From the NCBI RefSeq assembly GCF_032191835.1, contig NC_083223.1, forward strand, positions 12,710,001-12,774,000: a stretch of DNA of 64,000 bases. Direction: 5' to 3'. This document shows positions 59,939 through 64,000 of the stretch, one piece after another. The number at the start of each line of letters is the position of its first letter. Within the stretch, counting starts at the first letter, position 1. A model generated the notes under the pieces. The model was not told the origin of the DNA. It did not search any database and was given only the letters and a program-made list of their open reading frames with translations. Both the position numbers and the translations under genes were made by a program. The DNA comes from Heteronotia binoei (lineage: Eukaryota).

Positions 59939-62900
59939 TAGAGAGAGGTAGAAAGAAAACAACTTTAACTTTAAATGCATTCTTCAAGCTGCTGGCTGGC
60001 TTGGCTTAGAGAAGTGATTTAAACAGACAAATGCCTTCTCCAAGCCAGTTGACTAGGTGATGGGGGCTTCAAGAGCCTCAGAATATGTGGGAAAGAGCCA
60101 CATGTGACTCCCGAGCTGCAGTTTGGCCACCCCTGTTCTAGACCTTGGTGTGTTTGACCTTCTGGATATGCCTGACTCGTACTTGTTGGGTTGCCCTACT
60201 TGTTTTTGACATTTGGACTACTGGATAACTGTGCATTGACCCCTGGACTGTGTTTTGACTATGTTCTTTGCCTCTCTTGAATTCTATTGCAAATAGTGTC
60301 TACGAGAGAGTAAGGGACAGAGAATGAAACTAACATGAGCTTGATCCGTGTGTGAAATAGTTGTACTGTGGCTCCAGAAAGAGAATTTTATGAGAGAAAA
60401 GTTCCATGATGGACCGGATCCAAGAAACTGTGAAGAACCCAGGCAGACAGTCCCTTACTCTCTCATAGACACTATTTGCGCTGGAATTGAAGACTCCACC
60501 CGAGACACATGACGACAAACATCATTATAGAAAGGTGTTGCCTGAACGGACTGAAGACTGTGGAAGAGACTGTTGTTGGGTGAGTAGAATATATTCTGGT
60601 TTTGAGTGGTTTACAGTTACAAGTTCTCTCAAGGCTGTTCTGCTCAAGCGTAGTTTCTGTCAGAGCTCTCTCAGCCCCACCTACCTCACAGGGCGTCTGT
60701 TGTGGGGAGGGGAAGGGAAAGGAAATTTGTAAGTCGCTCTGAGACTCCTTCAGATAGAGAAGGGCAGGGTATAAATACAATACAATATTGACTCAGCTAT
60801 GCACAATGCAGCAGAGGGTGCACAAACAGAGGAGACCTGATCCCATCGATGGTCCATACTGTGACTAGGCACAGAAGGGGCTGACACGCTGGTGCTGCAG
60901 ATCCCTTGACTGATGTAAAGTTTAACAAAGCTGGCCCCAGCATAGGCTTGTTTGGTGTAGTAGTTAAGTGTGCGGACTCTCAACTGGGAGAACCATTTGA
61001 TTCCCCACTTGCAGCTGCTGGAACAGCCTTGGGTCAGCCATAGCTCTCGCACAGCTGTCCTTGAAAGGGTATCTTGGACACGGTATAAATCCAATATCAT
61101 CATTATCATCATCATCTTCGTCTTCTTCTTGTCTTATTCCATGTCCACCAGCAAACTGCTTTCCCACAGTTCAAGAAGTCTCTAGGCAAGTCTCTGAAGG
61201 TGAAAGAGGCAAAGCAAACTTATTCTGATCAGCTTAAAACTACAGTGCTAGGAAAACTGGTTTTATCCGGCATTAAATCTTCATAATAATAGGAATATGA
61301 AAAAAGGCCAATTGACCCTGTAGAGTTATTAAACTGATAGAATATATAAATGCTATTACCCCTCAAATGGCTATCGTGAACTTTAGTCATTACTGCATAA
61401 TGTACATATATAAGAATCTAATCCTGTATGTAAAATTAGAATTAAACTGGCTCAGCCACGGCTGTCTACTGAAGGACGATTCGCATTTTGCCAAAATGTG
61501 CACGAACAACCTCAAAAAGGTTATCAGCATTAACAAAAATACCCTCCCTCCCCCTTAGCTTTGCATATACAAGTTCCTCCAGAAATTCCAGATAAGAGGA
61601 AGTCCGTCAATTGCTCTCCGTACCCTATCAGTCCATTTCTCATGACTTTGTACAATAAAATGACTAGCAAACACGAGGAGCCTATTAAAAGAGAAGACGC
61701 TCAAGATGAGCTTTACTTGTAAGATGTTTTAGTTCAAAGATGTTCTTACCAAAGACTCTAAGAACAGAACTGGGAGACACCTGAGTGTCCAACAAAACCA
61801 GGCGCCATCAGGAGGTCAACTAGTGGGGCCAGGACACTAGAAGCCCTCCCACTGTGCCCCACCCCAAGCATCAAGAATACAGAGCGTCACTTGCCCCAGA
61901 CATAAGAGAAGCCATGTTGGATCAGGCCAATGGCCCATCCAGTCCAACAGTCTGTGTCACATAAGAACATAAGAGAAGCCATGTTGGATCAGGCCAATGG
62001 CTCAACCACTCCAACGCTCTGTGTCATAAGAACATAAGAGAAGCCATGTTGGATCAGGCCAATGGCCCATCCAGTCCAACACTCTGTGTCACACAGTGGC
62101 CAAAAAACCCAGACACCATCAGGAGCTCCATCAGTGGGGCCAGAACACTAGAAGCCCTCCCACTGTGCACCACCCCAAGCACCAAGAATACAGAGCATCA
62201 CTAGTACGTCTTTGGTAACTCTCAGTGAAAGGATTTTACTGTGAAAGGACTGTGAGGTTTTACTCACGTAGTTGTACCATTTCCTTGGCCACAAAAAAAA
62301 ACAACTCCCTCACTCTAATAGAGCTGCCAACTCCAGGTTGAGAAATCCCTGGAGACTTGGGGGCGGAGCCTGGGAGAGGCGGGACCTCAACAGAGCATAA
62401 TGCCATAGTCTCTACCCTCCAAGGCAGCCATTTTACCTAGAAGGAATTGATCTCTGCAGTCTGGAGAACAGCTGCAAATTCTGGCATATCTCCAGTCCTT
62501 GCCTAGAGGTTAGCGACCCCACACTCTAACAACGACCACTATCTTATTATGACAACCGATTTACGTATCACGGCTAGCAGATGCAATGCTCTCAGATTGA
62601 TTTAGCAGATGGCAAGAAACGTCTTCATGTCACCTGAGCGACTGCTTGTTCCTCCGAAGAACCTAAGAACATCTCAGGGTATCGAGGGGACTCTATCTGG
62701 CACAAGCACACTGCTCAATCTGCATTACTGCTTCACAATATAATTAGACTTTGGCCTTAAGACCTCAATGCCGGCTGTTCTGCTTAAGGCAGCCTATTTG
62801 GCACTGACTGGAGCCTTCTTCTCTAGTAGCCCTCACCCTATGAAGGGGGATCCCTGAGGAGGTTGTTGTCTTCAAAAGTTTTGAGGTGTTCCACGGCCAT

Positions 62901-64000
62901 TTTATTTGGGAGGGCTTTTAATGCGGCAAAAGCTGCATGCATTTGGAGGGATGGAAGGTTATTTGGGGTTTTATACTTTGTGTTTCAAACTTGGATCTGT
63001 ACACCCTCTTGAGACACAAGGACAAGCAAATGTTTTAGCAAATCTAATACCTTTATTAAGAACATTAGTTAAGTCTTACCGGATCAGATCAGGGATTCAT
63101 CTAGTCCAACATTCTGCTTCACACAATGGCTAGCCAGTTTCTCCGGGGGTCCAGCAACAGGGACTAGAAGATGTTGGATTTATATCCCACCCTATACTCA
63201 CAATCTCCTTTACCTTTCCTCCCGAAAAACAGACACCCTGTGAGGTAGGTGGGGCTGAGAGAGCTCTCCCTGAAGCTGCCCTTTCAAGGACAACTCCTGC
63301 CAGAGCTATGGCTGACCCAAGGCCATTCCAGCAGCTGCAAGTGGAGGGGAATCAAACCCAGTTCTCCCAGATAAGAGTCGGCACACTTAACGGGATGAGA
63401 ACGTTTCCTGGGATTCAGAGATTTCCTGCCTGTGAATGTGCAGGTTCCCCTTAATTACTTTGGCTAGTAGACCCAGATAGACCTCTCCTCCATGAGTCTA
63501 TCTAATCTTTGAAAGCTGTTTATTCCTGTGGCCATCACTACATCCTCTGGCAGGGAATTCCACATTTTAATCACTTTCTGTGTAAAGAGAAGTATTTCCT
63601 TTCGTCCATCCTGATTATACTGCCCACCAGCTACACTGGATGCCCAATCGTCAATTCACACATTACTTTGCAGTGAGAAAAGGCGCCAGTGCCTGAAGGA
63701 TGGTTTGGTGATTTTAAGCATGAAAAAGCCAGATGCTGCTTCTTTTACCTACATATTTAGGCAACAAGGATACACCAATACAACTGTAAGCTCTCAAGAA
63801 TCCATGCCAACGCCCCCTCATCTAAATATGAACCACCAGTCCCCAGAGCAGAAGCGATGAGGCCGACCTTCCACCTACCTCCGGTTTTATGCAACATCCA
63901 CCCAACTGCTGCCTCTCTGAACGGCAGAGGAAATGCCCATCTTCGAATGCATGTCAAGGCTGGTCAGTCAATGCAGGCACTGGATGGGCCACTGGCCTGA

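Noticed and set aside
59730-59987. ORFs spanning the N run
   Set aside because: Artefacts of the assembly gap

Overview
Vertebrate genomic DNA, very probably a gecko or related squamate, judging by the Sauria-type SINEs, abundant Squam3-like SINEs, CR1, BovB and hAT MITEs. The only host protein-coding gene is FLRT3: an intact 649-aa CDS in one exon (36017-37966, +), with a splice acceptor at 35964, a CpG island and candidate non-coding first exon at about 24.4-25.3 kb, and a long AT-rich 3'UTR. By amniote synteny the window probably lies inside a large MACROD2 intron on the minus strand; I did not find a MACROD2 exon. The most striking accessory element is a DIRS1-type tyrosine-recombinase retrotransposon (45302 to about 50505, minus strand). 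Its gag, RT/RNaseH/methyltransferase and recombinase frames are uninterrupted, and its right ITR and internal complementary region are intact, but the left end is missing. It sits at the top of a four-layer nested insertion that includes a MER1/Charlie3-like hAT element. Two SINE copies carry internal tandem amplifications (16 x ~110 bp and 8 x 79 bp, the latter a Pol III B-box array upstream of the FLRT3 CpG island). Almost all other listed ORFs are repeat-derived noise. There is one assembly gap (59771-59938). No database searches were run, so family names come from recalled consensus features. Nothing here can be shown to be a wholly new system; the findings are ranked candidates.
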